Origin: Actinomycetota bacterium
Lineage (GTDB): Bacteria > Actinomycetota > UBA4738 > HRBIN12
Assembly (NCBI GenBank): GCA_026003015.1
Contig: BPGL01000001.1
Location: 423,353-487,352 of the forward strand
DNA: 64,000 nucleotides
Direction: 5' to 3'
Of the stretch, positions 47,226 to 56,330 are shown piece by piece. The first letter of the stretch is position 1. Each line of letters starts with the position of its first letter. The translations under genes and the position numbers were made by a program. The notes beneath the pieces are model-generated. The model was not told where the DNA came from. It ran no database searches and saw only the letters and a list, made by a program, of their open reading frames with translations.

Positions 47226-48483
47226 CTACGGGCGCCGACGAGCCGGCCGACGGCGTGTGGAGCGTCCAGGCGGGTCCGCGGCTGGGCCGGACGCTCGGCG
47301 CGCGCCGACCCAGGCGGCGGCCCCCGTCGTCACCAGGGCGACCACGAGCGCCGTCATCGGAGCGATCGGGGCGCCGGTCGGCGGAAGGTCCTCCTGCTCA
47401 CCGCCGAGGCCGCCGCTGTCGGGCGGGGGCTGCTGGCTCGGCGACGGTCGGCAGTCGATTCCGATCGGGGTGATCGTGACCGGGTCGGCATCGACGATCT
47501 GGCCGGGCGTCCACCAGACGTCGCTCGTCGATCCGAAGAGGTACCCGGCCGTGTTGCTCAACCCTCCGCAGCTCTCGAGTCCACGGGCGAGTCGCGCGGT
47601 CATCTCGAACTCCACCGTCTCGCCCCGTCGGTGTTCGAAGACGACCGTCGATCGGGGCGTCGAGCACCAGACCAGGGTCCCCGGGTCGGCGGGGAGCCAA
47701 TCGTTCGGCGGGTCGGGGACGCCGGGCGGCTTGTCGGGAACCACCTGGCAGGTGAACGGAGGGGTCGCCGACGCCACCTCGACGTCCTCGAGCTCCGGGG
47801 GCAACACGTCGAACAGCACCGTCGTGGCCCAACCGCGCTCAGGTCCCGTGTAGAGCCGATAGTCGCGACCGGTGTTCGTCACGACGATCGAGTAGGTCAC
47901 CGTGTCACCGGGTCGCGCCTGGCTCGGCGACACCCGCTTCTCGATCCGCATCGAGCAGGGTTCGGGCGGCACGTACTCGAAGTCCAGCTCGACGGGGTCG
48001 CCGACCTCCGGGGGGAGCTTGTCCGTCCACTCCCACTCCCACTCGATCCTGTTCCACCCTCGGCCCGTGGCGCAGGCGCTGGGCTGCACCAGGTACTCGA
48101 TCTCGAAGTCGACGCTGCGGCCGGCCGGGACGATCAGATCGCACGTCACGGCGTGCCCGAACTGATCGAGCCCGTCGTACACGCAGGCCCCGCCGTCGCC
48201 GGTGATCGCCGCCGGGGGGGCGAGCGTGACGTTCGGGTCCATCAGGTCGGTCAAGCGCACCCGCACCGGGTCGGCGCCGGCGGGAGGATTGAAGACGCTG
48301 ATGCGGAACACGATACCGCGGTCGGTCTCGTCGAAGGGACGCCCGGGGTCGGGAGACAGGCGCTTCTCGATGGTCGGGGCAGGGGGCACCTGGGCCAGCG
48401 CCGGGTCGACGGCGCCGAGGGGGGGGAAGCGCCAGCACCGCCCCGAGACCCAGGGCCGCCACGAGCCGAGTACCGCCGTGCAC
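47226..48483 (-). CDS. LPXTG-anchored surface protein with DUF11-like repeat domains; signal peptide out of frame at a G8/C8 tract
   Basis: The C-terminus is LPPTG, a hydrophobic segment and an Arg-rich tail. Repeats are of the type IEKRVSPSQARPGDTVTYSIVVTNTG. The signal peptide VHGGTRLVAALGLGAVLALPP lies in another frame and joins LGAVDPALAQVPP only if the C8 run (plus-strand G8 at 48419-48426) had one base fewer. Confidence 0.7.
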
Positions 48484-48619
48484 CGTTCGCCCCGCAGCAG
48501 GACCACGTCCTGAATCCTTGCGGCGCAGGGTACCCGGCCGAGGCCCCCGGGGCAAGCACCTGCACATGCATCCCGGTGCACGCCCACTGGGTCGCGTGCC
48601 GAGATCGTCTCGGAGGAGC

Positions 48620-48700
48620 GAGATCGTGTCGGAGGGGGGATCCGAACCGTAAGCACACGGGCCGTCCTGCGAGGGGGGTTCGCCCTGCAAGCCTGACGCC
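48620..48700 (-). repeat. degenerate copy of the tRNA-Leu 3' portion (putative distal att site of an island)
   Basis: Positions 48620-48641 (gagatcgtgtcggaggggggat) are identical to 63939-63960. Weaker similarity with indels continues for about 50 nt. The copy cannot form a T-arm, so it is not a functional tRNA. Confidence 0.7.
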
Positions 48701-48981
48701 AGATCATGGATCCGCGGACCCGGAGGTCAACTACCTGCAGAAACTGGCGCACCTCCTGGTCAGGGCCATCACACAGCTCGCTCGAATCTGATCGCTTTGT
48801 CTGGGCTCGTGCGCGTTCTGCGGCACGGACGCGGCACCGTACCCGACCCCGCCAAGCTACCCGGGTGGGGGGCGTCGATCGACACTAAAGAGGCTCGCGT
48901 AACGAAGCAGAGGAATCGTGGAAAGCTGTGGACCGGGCCAGCGACCCTCCTGCAGCCTGCTTCTGCCGCCTCGACAGTAAC

Positions 48982-50431
48982 GTCCGCGGACGTGGTGTAC
49001 GAGCAACGGTCTGACGGTCGTTGAACGAGAAGACCACCGCCGTCATCCTCATGAAGTCCGCCAAGACACTCATGAGGAGACAGACGACGATGGTCGACCC
49101 GAGGATGGATGCCCTCACCTGGCTGCGCAAGCAGCTCACCGACGAGTGCCCGGATCTCGCCCGCGCGATGCTGGAGCGCGCCGTTGCCGAGCTGATGTCC
49201 GCCGAGGCCGACGCCCTCTGCGGCGCGCCCTACGGCGAGCGCAGCCCGGAGCGGGTGAACTCACGCAACGGCTACCAGAGCGCGCCGCTGGGACACCCGC
49301 GCCGGCACGATCGACCTGGAGATCCCCAAGCTGCGCTCCGGCAGCTACTTCCCCGGCTGGCTCCTCGCCCCGCGCCGGCGCGCCGAGACGCGCCCTCGTC
49401 GCGGCGGTCGCCGAGCGCTGGCTACCGTGGCCGTGCATCAGCACCCGCCGGGTCGACGGGCTGGTGCAAGACCGCTCGGCATCGAGCGGATCTCCAAGCG
49501 CTCGCGCGTCTCGCAGATCGCCGCCGTGGCCTCGACGAGGTCGGTCGAGGCCTTCCGCGCCCGCCCGCTCTGACGGTGGCCCCTACCCCTACGTCTGGCT
49601 CGACGCCCTCGCCCTGATGGTGCGCGGCCGCGACGGCCGGATCGCAGAGCTGCGCGGGCGTCTGCTGCATGGTCGCCGTCGGCGTCAACGCCGCCGGGCC
49701 GCCGGGAGGTCCTCGGCCTCGAGCGTCGCGACGAGCAGAGGACGGCGCCGGCTGGACCAGCGTTCCTGCCGCGGCCTTCGTCGCCCGGGGCCTCTCCGGC
49801 GTGCAGCCTGGTGATCAGTCCGACGCCCACCCCGGCCTCGTCGACGCGCTCGCCTCGCTCAGCTGGTCGCCGGCGCTTCGCCTGGCAGCGGTGCCGGACC
49901 CATTTCCTCCGGAACCTGCTCGCGAAGGTGCCGCGCTCGGCTGCGGCCCTTCGTCGCCACGTTGGTGCGCTCGATCTTCGCCCAGCCCGACGCCGAAGCA
50001 GGTCTGGCCGCCCAGTTCACGACCGGGTCGTCGACCAGCTGGCCGTGAGCGCTTCCCCGCCGCCGCAGGCGCACCTGGCTCGAGGCGGCCGGCCCCGACA
50101 TCCTGGCCTTCACCGCGCTTCCCCAAGTGCGCCCACTGGCGCCAGATCTGGTCGACCAACCCCCAGGAGCGGCTCAACAAGGAGATCCGCCGCCGCACCG
50201 ACGTCGTGGGCACCTTCCCCGACCGGACCTCGGTGCTGCGCCTGGTCGGCGCGGTGCTCGCCGAGACCCACGACGAGTGGGCCGACACCCGGCGCTACAT
50301 GAGCGTCGAGTCGCTCGCCAAGGCGAGGCTCGAGGTGATCGACGGCGAGGCTGAGGAGGTGAGGGGCGAGCTCGTCGCAGCCGGTTAGGAGATCAGGGAT
50401 GACGCTGTGGACTTACACCACGTTGGCGGAC
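48982..50431 (+). mobile_element. IS256-family insertion sequence, decayed
   Basis: Imperfect terminal inverted repeats gtccgcggacgtggtgtacgagc (48982-49004) and the reverse complement of 50409-50431 (gtccgccaacgtggtgtaagtcc) match at 18 of 23 positions. They enclose a mutator-type transposase. Confidence 0.75.
49090..50388 (+). pseudogene. IS256-family (mutator-type) transposase, several frameshifts
   Basis: Pieces lie in three frames: [52 protein letters not shown] and [42 protein letters not shown]. Confidence 0.8.
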
Positions 50432-50541
50432 TCGGCCGCCTCGACCAGCTTGAAGCGCATGGCAAGCCGCCGTCCCCCAACCCCGGTTCCTTGCCCCCGC
50501 GCCGTTGGCAGACCCCTATCGTCGGCTAAACTTTGTTACGT

Positions 50542-50937
50542 ATGAGCAATCTTTCAATCGACCTCACGCCCGACCGGTGCGAGGCGGAGTGCCTGCACCC
50601 GGACCAGGTCGCTCCGCTGATCGGCCGCCTCATCGGCCGCGAGGATGCGGATCGGGTGGCCGACACGTTCGCGCTGCTGGCCGACCCTACGAGGGCCAGG
50701 ATCCTGCACGCCCTGAGCCTGGCCGACGAACTCTGCGTCTGCGACCTTGCGCTGCTGCTCGGCATGACCGAGTCGGCCGTGAGCCATCAGCTTCGGCTCC
50801 TCCGGGCCCACCGGGCGGTCGAGCGGCGGAAGGCGGGCCGGGTGGTCTACTACCGGCTCGCCGACGATCACGTGCGGCACGTGCTCATCGACGGGCTGCG
50901 GCACGCCAGGGAGGCCGCCCCACAAGGCGCCGGCTGA
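50542..50937 (+). CDS. ArsR/SmtB family metalloregulator
   Basis: Shows LADPTRARILHAL, the ELCVCDL metal site and ESAVSHQLRLLR. Its stop overlaps the start of the CDF gene (TGATG). Confidence 0.85.
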   Translation: MSNLSIDLTPDRCEAECLHPDQVAPLIGRLIGREDADRVADTFALLADPTRARILHALSLADELCVCDLALLLGMTESAVSHQLRLLRAHRAVERRKAGRVVYYRLADDHVRHVLIDGLRHAREAAPQGAG

Positions 50938-51827
50938 TGGAGGGGTTCCGGAGCGCCGCCGGGGCCCACCGCGGCCGGCTGCGGGCCGTGTTCGTGATCA
51001 CCTCCTCGTTCCTCGTCGTCGAGGTCGTCGGAGGACTGCTCACGAACAGCCTGGCGCTCCTCGCGGATGCCGGTCACATGCTGACCGATGTCGCAGGGAT
51101 CGGGCTCGCCTTGTTCGCCATCCGGTTGGCCGCAAGGCCCGCGAGCGAGGACCGGACCTTCGGCTCCTACCGGGTCGAGGTGCTCGCCGCCGTGATCAAC
51201 GCCGTGATCCTGTTCGGCGTCGCGATCTACGTGCTGATCGAGGCGTGGCGCCGGCTCCGGGAGCCGCTCGAGATCTCCAGTGGGCCGATGCTGGCCGTCG
51301 CGATGGGCGGCATGGCGGCGAACGCCGTCTCTCTGCTCCTGTTGCACCGGGCGCAGGCGGAGAGCCTGAACATGCGGGGCGCCTATCTGGAGGTGCTCGG
51401 GGACCTGCTGGGCTCGGCTGCGGTCGTCGTCGCGGCGCTCGTGATCGGGCTCACCGGTTTCCGCGCCGCCGACCCCATCGCGTCGGCCTTGATCGGCCTG
51501 ATGATCGTCCCGCGCACCTGGAAGCTGCTGAGAGATGCGGTCGACGTGCTGCTGGAGGGGACACCGAAGAACGTGGACCTCTCCGAGGTGCGTCGCCACA
51601 TCCTGGAGATCGAGGGGGTCGAAGACGTCCACGACCTCCATGCATGGACCATCACGAGCGGGCTCAACGTGGTCTCCGCCCACGTGGTGGTGGAGGAAGC
51701 CACCGATCCGGCCGGAGTGCTCGATCGGCTCTGCGAGTGCCTGTCCTCCGACTTCGACATCGAGCACAGCACGTTCCAGCTGGAGACTCACGACCGTCGT
51801 CGCCTCGAGGGAGCCGGCCACGCGTGA
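50937..51827 (+). CDS. cation diffusion facilitator (CzcD/ZitB-like) efflux transporter
   Basis: Has six TMs, LLADAGHMLTD, a His/Asp site in TM5 (LEVLGD) and the cytoplasmic domain motif HDLHAWTITSG. Confidence 0.85.
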   Translation: MEGFRSAAGAHRGRLRAVFVITSSFLVVEVVGGLLTNSLALLADAGHMLTDVAGIGLALFAIRLAARPASEDRTFGSYRVEVLAAVINAVILFGVAIYVLIEAWRRLREPLEISSGPMLAVAMGGMAANAVSLLLLHRAQAESLNMRGAYLEVLGDLLGSAAVVVAALVIGLTGFRAADPIASALIGLMIVPRTWKLLRDAVDVLLEGTPKNVDLSEVRRHILEIEGVEDVHDLHAWTITSGLNVVSAHVVVEEATDPAGVLDRLCECLSSDFDIEHSTFQLETHDRRRLEGAGHA

Positions 51828-51918
51828 AGGTCGGGGGAGGTCCTCTCCGAGAAGAACCGCGGGAGGCGCGCTCCCGTGACGAAGCATCGGTGCTAGGAGA
51901 TGATATCGGGAGATACCG

Positions 51919-52344
51919 ATGGATATTGGTACGAAGGAACGGACCGAGACACAGGGTGCGGCGCCGGCCCTCGCGGCGAAGCTGTTCCGCGGATTCGCCG
52001 ACCCGACGCGCCTGGCGATCCTCGTGGCTCTGAGCCAGGGGGAGCGCCGGGTCGTCGATCTCGTGCAAGAGCTGCATACGTCGCAGCCGAACGTCTCGGG
52101 GCACCTCGCGTGTCTGAAGGACTGCGGTCTGGTCGCCGACCGGCCCGAGGGTCGCCAGGTCTTCTATCGGGTCGCGCTCCCCGAGGTGTACGACGTGCTT
52201 CGAGCGGCCGAAGGCGTCCTGGCGGCGACGGGGATCGCCATCGAGCTCTGCCCCAACTACGGTCCGGAGGGTCGACGGCCGGCTGGCCGATCCAGCCGTG
52301 CCGCGACCAGGCGCGGCCGTAGCAAGACTCCCGCCCGCCCCTGA
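51919..52344 (+). CDS. ArsR family metalloregulator, CmtR-like Cys pattern
   Basis: Shows FADPTRLAILVAL and SGHLACLKDCGLV, which compares with CmtR SNHLSCLRGCGLV as I remember it. There is an extra C-terminal Cys in ELCPNYG. Confidence 0.75.
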   Translation: MDIGTKERTETQGAAPALAAKLFRGFADPTRLAILVALSQGERRVVDLVQELHTSQPNVSGHLACLKDCGLVADRPEGRQVFYRVALPEVYDVLRAAEGVLAATGIAIELCPNYGPEGRRPAGRSSRAATRRGRSKTPARP

Positions 52345-52350
52345 ACGCGG

Positions 52351-54315
52351 ATGCCCGCTCGACCCGATCGCGATCCTGAACCCGCCGCTCGGGTGGCCGA
52401 CCCCGAGGCGGAAGAGCCCGGGGAGGGGCACGAGGAGCCCTACGAGGGGGCGTGGTGGCGGTTTCCCCCGATGCGGAACGCCCTCGTCTCCGGCTTCCTG
52501 CTGGGGGTCACCTTCCTCCTCTCGCGCATCGGCCTGATCCCGTCCTGGGGTGCGATCGGGTTGTACGTCGTGGCCGCGGGCTTCGGCGCCTCGCACTATG
52601 GACCGGAGGCTGCAGAGAGCATGCTTCGCCTCCGGGTGAACATCGACGTCCTCATGGGCGTGGCCACCGTCGGGGCCGCCGTCCTCGGGCTGTGGGAGGA
52701 GGCCGCCTTTCTGGCCTTCCTGTACGGGGGCGCCGAGGGCCTGGAGGAGTTCACCTACGACCGCACCCGGGGAGCGATCCGGGCCCTCCTGGACCTTGCC
52801 CCGAAGGAGGCGCATCTGCTCCGGGACGACGCCGAGGTGACCGTGCCGGCGGAAGAGCTCGCCGAGGGCGACCGGTTCCTGGTCCGTCCCGGCGAGAGCC
52901 TCCCTACGGACGGCGTCATCCGGGCCGGAGCCACGAGCCTGAACGAGGCGCCCATCAGCGGGGAGTCGGTCCCGGTGGAGAAGGGCGAGGGCGACGCGGT
53001 CTTCGCCGGCACCGTGAACCTGACCGGGGCCATCGAGGTCGAGGCGACCCGAGCCTTCCACGACAACACGCTGTCTCGCATCATCCACCTGGTCGAAGAG
53101 GCCCAGGAGCAGAAGACCGGCGCCCAGCGGCTCATCGACCGGTTCGGGGACCGGTACAGCCCAGCCATCCTCCTCGGCTCCCTCGTGCTCCTGGTCGTCC
53201 CGCCGCTGCTCGGAGGGGACTTCCGGGAGTGGGCCACCCGGGCCGTCACCCTGGCCGTCGCCGGCGCCCCCTGCGCGCTGGTGATGTCCACGCCCGTGGC
53301 CGTGGCCGCCGCCATCGGCTCGGCCGGCAGGCGGGGCGTGCTGATCAAGGGAGGGCTGCACCTGGAGAACCTGGGCGGCGTCCGCGTCGTCGCCTTCGAC
53401 AAGACGGGCACCCTCACCAGGGGGGAGCCGGTCGTGACCGACGTCGTGGCGCTCGACACCACGGGTCGGGATGAGGTGCTTCGCCTGGCGGCCTCCGTCG
53501 AGGGGTACTCCGAGCATCCCCTGGCCCGGGCCATCGTGAGCCTGGCCGAGTCCGAGGCCGTCGGACGGGTCCCGGCCGTCTCCTTCGAGGCCCTGACCGG
53601 CGCCGGGGCGAGGGCGCGGGTCGACGGGCAGGAGATCTACGTCGGGAGCCCGTCGCTGTTCGAGGACCTCGGGAGCACGCTCGGGAGGGCCGCGGTCCTT
53701 GCCGAGGAGTACTTCGAGGAGGGCAAGACGGTCGTCCTCGTGGGTACACGGGAGCGGGTCGTCGGGCTGCTGGCCCTGCGGGACGAGGCCCGACCCGAGG
53801 CGCCCGAGGCGATCAGGGCGCTCCACGAGGAGGGTATCCCCAAGGTGGCCATGCTCACCGGCGACAACGGCCGGACCGGCCGGGCGATCGCCCGGGGTCT
53901 CGGGATCGACGAGGTCAAGGCCGACCTGAAGCCCGGGGACAAGAGCACAGCCGTTCGGGAGCTCGAGGAGGCCTTCGGCCCGGCGGCGATGGTGGGCGAC
54001 GGCATCAACGACGCGCCCGCCCTGGCGACGGCTTCGGTCGGGGTCGCCATGGGGACGGCGGGAACCGACGCGGCGATCGAGGCGGCCGACGTGGCGCTCA
54101 TGGGAGACGATTTGCGCGCCGTCGCCTACGCCGTTCGGCTGGGACGAGTGGCCCGGAGGATCGGGCGCCAGAACATCGTCTTCTCGATCCTGCTCCTGGC
54201 CGTCCTGGTGCCGTCGGCCGTGCTGGGGGTCATCAACGTCGCGGCGGCGGTGACGGCCCACGAGGTGGCGGAGATCATCGCGGTGCTGAACGGGCTCCGG
54301 GCGCGGTCGCGATGA
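52351..54315 (+). CDS. P1B-type heavy-metal ATPase with APC transmembrane motif and no N-terminal HMA domain
   Basis: Shows SGESVPV, the TM6 motif GAPCALVMSTP, DKTGTLT, SEHPLA and GDGINDAP. The N-terminus is acidic and His-poor with no CxxC. Confidence 0.85.
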   Translation: MPARPDRDPEPAARVADPEAEEPGEGHEEPYEGAWWRFPPMRNALVSGFLLGVTFLLSRIGLIPSWGAIGLYVVAAGFGASHYGPEAAESMLRLRVNIDVLMGVATVGAAVLGLWEEAAFLAFLYGGAEGLEEFTYDRTRGAIRALLDLAPKEAHLLRDDAEVTVPAEELAEGDRFLVRPGESLPTDGVIRAGATSLNEAPISGESVPVEKGEGDAVFAGTVNLTGAIEVEATRAFHDNTLSRIIHLVEEAQEQKTGAQRLIDRFGDRYSPAILLGSLVLLVVPPLLGGDFREWATRAVTLAVAGAPCALVMSTPVAVAAAIGSAGRRGVLIKGGLHLENLGGVRVVAFDKTGTLTRGEPVVTDVVALDTTGRDEVLRLAASVEGYSEHPLARAIVSLAESEAVGRVPAVSFEALTGAGARARVDGQEIYVGSPSLFEDLGSTLGRAAVLAEEYFEEGKTVVLVGTRERVVGLLALRDEARPEAPEAIRALHEEGIPKVAMLTGDNGRTGRAIARGLGIDEVKADLKPGDKSTAVRELEEAFGPAAMVGDGINDAPALATASVGVAMGTAGTDAAIEAADVALMGDDLRAVAYAVRLGRVARRIGRQNIVFSILLLAVLVPSAVLGVINVAAAVTAHEVAEIIAVLNGLRARSR

Positions 54316-54514
54316 CCGCTCGCTTCGCTGCTGCGTGGCGGCGACTCCGCATAGGCCACCCGGCCGTCTCACGCATCCGCTCGGCACACGTAGTGAAGCG
54401 CCGAAGACTGCCGTGGGTCCTCGCGGCGTCGAGCTACGAGGTGGAGGAGCTGGTCGAGGGAGTCCATCCCGAGGCCGGCTTCGTGTGCCTGGCAGCAACG
54501 CGGGGAGGGGGAAC

Positions 54515-55177
54515 ATGAAGGAGTCTCTCCCGCCTGTCCCGAGCCTGCTCGCCGTCTGCGCACACCCCGACGATGAGTCCTTTGGGCTGGGAGGCATCCT
54601 CGGGGCCTTCGCCGACGCGGGGACACGTTGTTCGGTCCTCTGCTTCACGAGCGGGGAGGCGTCGACCCTGGGGGCGGACGGGGGCGACCTCGCCGAGATC
54701 CGACCGCGGGAGCTGGCGGAGGCGGCCGAGGTCCTCGGGGTCTCGGCGGTGGAGCTCCTCGACCACCCGGACGGCGGCCTCGCCGAGCAGCCCCTCGAGG
54801 ACCTGACGGCCCACGCGGTGCGGGTCGCCGCAGAGGTCGGGTCGCGCATGTTCCTCGTCTTCGACGAGGGGGGCATCACCGGCCACCCCGATCACCTCCG
54901 CGCGACGGAGGCGGCCCTTGCGGCGGCCGACGCCATCGGCGGCCGGGTACTCGCGTGGGCGATCCCGGATCGGGTCGCGCGGGCGCTCAACGCCGAGTTC
55001 GGCGCCACCTTCGTCGGCCGCTCGGAGGAGGAGGTGGATGTCGCGATCCGGGTGGACCGAGCTCGACAGCGGAGGGCCATGGAGTGCCACGGCAGCCAGG
55101 CGCTCAACACACCCGTGCCGTGGCGGCGCCTCGAGCTCACCGGCGAGGTGGAGTGGCTGCGGTACCTGCGCCGGTGA
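54515..55177 (+). CDS. PIG-L/LmbE family deacetylase
   Basis: The ATG at 54515 is preceded by GGGAGGGGG. The motifs AHPDDES and GHPDH are present. Confidence 0.8.
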   Translation: MKESLPPVPSLLAVCAHPDDESFGLGGILGAFADAGTRCSVLCFTSGEASTLGADGGDLAEIRPRELAEAAEVLGVSAVELLDHPDGGLAEQPLEDLTAHAVRVAAEVGSRMFLVFDEGGITGHPDHLRATEAALAAADAIGGRVLAWAIPDRVARALNAEFGATFVGRSEEEVDVAIRVDRARQRRAMECHGSQALNTPVPWRRLELTGEVEWLRYLRR

Positions 55178-55178
55178 G
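55117..55178 (+). repeat. direct repeat copy 1 (3' end of the PIG-L gene)
   Basis: A 62-nt stretch gccgtggcggcgcctcgagctcaccggcgaggtggagtggctgcggtacctgcgccggtgag. It matches 55586-55647 with 3 mismatches. Confidence 0.85.
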
Positions 55179-55193
55179 GCAGGGAAAGAAAAC

Positions 55194-55532
55194 TCAGTTC
55201 GGTTCGTTATCGATCGCCGCCATCGCGGCCTCCCGGGCATCGCCCGTCGCCCCGAGGCAAATCTTGAGTCCCATGCGCTCGAGCATGTGAACCATCGGCA
55301 TGCCCATGTGGTTCGCGACGACGGCCTCGACGTGGTGGTCTTGGAGGAACCGGGCCACACGAGCGTGATGGGAACCCTCGGTTCCCGCGTCGTGGAGGGT
55401 GCTCCAGCCAACGTCAAACTCTTGCCAGTTCGCTATTCCACTCCCCGTTACCTCCGCGATCGCCACCCGATCCGCGCGACCCCAGCGCGGGTCGATCAGG
55501 CCATCGGCAGTTACTGGAACGCAGACCACCAT
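55194..55532 (-). CDS. NifX/NifB-C-terminal-like (dinitrogenase FeMo-cofactor-binding fold) small protein
   Basis: Reads MVVCVPVTADGLIDPRWGRADRVAIAEV...FLQDHHVEAVVANHMGMPMVHMLERMGLKI. The ATG at 55532 is preceded by GGGAGG. Confidence 0.65.
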   Translation of the reverse strand: MVVCVPVTADGLIDPRWGRADRVAIAEVTGSGIANWQEFDVGWSTLHDAGTEGSHHARVARFLQDHHVEAVVANHMGMPMVHMLERMGLKICLGATGDAREAAMAAIDNEPN

Positions 55533-55585
55533 CTCGATCGACCTCCCTTGCCTTGGCGGACCTGGGAAGGCACTCAGCACCCCCG

Positions 55586-55647
55586 GCCGTGGCGGCGCCT
55601 GGAGCTCACCGGCGAGATGGAGTGGCTTCGGTACCTGCGCCGGTGAG
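55586..55647 (+). repeat. direct repeat copy 2 (orphan copy of the PIG-L 3' end)
   Basis: It would encode PWRRLELTGEMEWLRYLRR-stop but has no gene body upstream. Weaker similarity extends about 20 nt further left (from about 55567, against about 55095). Confidence 0.85.
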
Positions 55648-55668
55648 CTCGAGGGTTCCCGGGCCCTG

Positions 55669-55872
55669 CTAGCCGCGGGCTGACTCGGGAGACTGGTTCT
55701 CCTTCAGCCGCCGGATCTCCGACGGAACGTCAGCGAGCTCCTGCTCGAGGTCCCGCTGGTGCTCCTCGAGGAAGCGGATGTGGTCCTCGCGACTCACGTA
55801 CCCGTACCCGGGGTATGCGCCGACGGGCGCCCACCAGGGACCGCAGTGGCCGCGCATGTAGATCCTGGACAT
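55669..55872 (-). CDS. DUF5320-like small protein
   Basis: A Gly/Pro/Tyr/Trp-rich N-terminus (GPWWAPVGAYPGYGY) is followed by a coiled-coil tail (FLEEHQRDLEQELADVPSEIRRLKE). Confidence 0.5.
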   Translation of the reverse strand: MSRIYMRGHCGPWWAPVGAYPGYGYVSREDHIRFLEEHQRDLEQELADVPSEIRRLKENQSPESARG

Positions 55873-55876
55873 GGTC

Positions 55877-56281
55877 TCACCTCCCTTCGCCCCGCTCGTA
55901 TCGCTTCACGAACGCGTCGATCACTCCTTGGGTCTCCCGCAGGGCCTCGGCCCACCGGTCGAGCAGCCGGCGCCCCGAGTCGGTGAGCTGGTACACGCGC
56001 TTGGCCGGCCCGGGGACGTCGGCCAGCCACTCGGAGGTGACGATCCCCTCTTCCTCCAGGCCACGGAGGATGCGGTACAGGTTGCCGAGGTCGACCCTGC
56101 CTTCTCCCGCCGCGAGCTCGGGGCAGTTCTCCAGAAGGTCGTAGCCGTGCATCGGACGCTCCCTGAGCAGGAGCAACAGGCACGGCTCGACGAACCTCTC
56201 GACCCGGGCCCGAACGCCCCAATGCCCCGGTCCGACCGGCCACCGACACCGGGGCCCTCGCCACATCTGGTTGGGCCTCAT
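55877..56281 (-). CDS. PadR family transcriptional regulator
   Basis: Shows LLLLLRERPMHGYDL ... LYRILRGLEEEGIVTSEW ... KRVYQLTDSGR. There is an unusual Trp/Arg/Gly-rich N-terminal extension, so the start is uncertain. Confidence 0.75.
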   Translation of the reverse strand: MRPNQMWRGPRCRWPVGPGHWGVRARVERFVEPCLLLLLRERPMHGYDLLENCPELAAGEGRVDLGNLYRILRGLEEEGIVTSEWLADVPGPAKRVYQLTDSGRRLLDRWAEALRETQGVIDAFVKRYERGEGR

Positions 56282-56330
56282 CGTGCGAACCCTCGTGGCG
56301 TCATCGAGGGCGAAAATAGGTCAAAGACTG

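Noticed and set aside
48706-48981. Small ORFs between the att-like repeat and the IS256 end (for example the peptide ...EVNYLQKLAHLLVRAITQLARI) as an integrase or excisionase remnant.
   Set aside because: They are too short and lack motifs, so the call cannot be supported from sequence alone.
50431-50542. A candidate ArsR/SmtB operator palindrome upstream of the first ArsR-family gene, and a similar one at 51880-51918.
   Set aside because: I found only short arms (5 bp or less), for example atcgg-gagata-ccgat near 51900. This is too weak to call without a motif model.
55194-55532. The NifX-like gene as evidence of nitrogen fixation.
   Set aside because: No nifHDK or nifENB genes are present. 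This small FeMo-cofactor-binding fold is widespread in non-diazotrophs, and here it sits with PadR and DUF5320-like genes.
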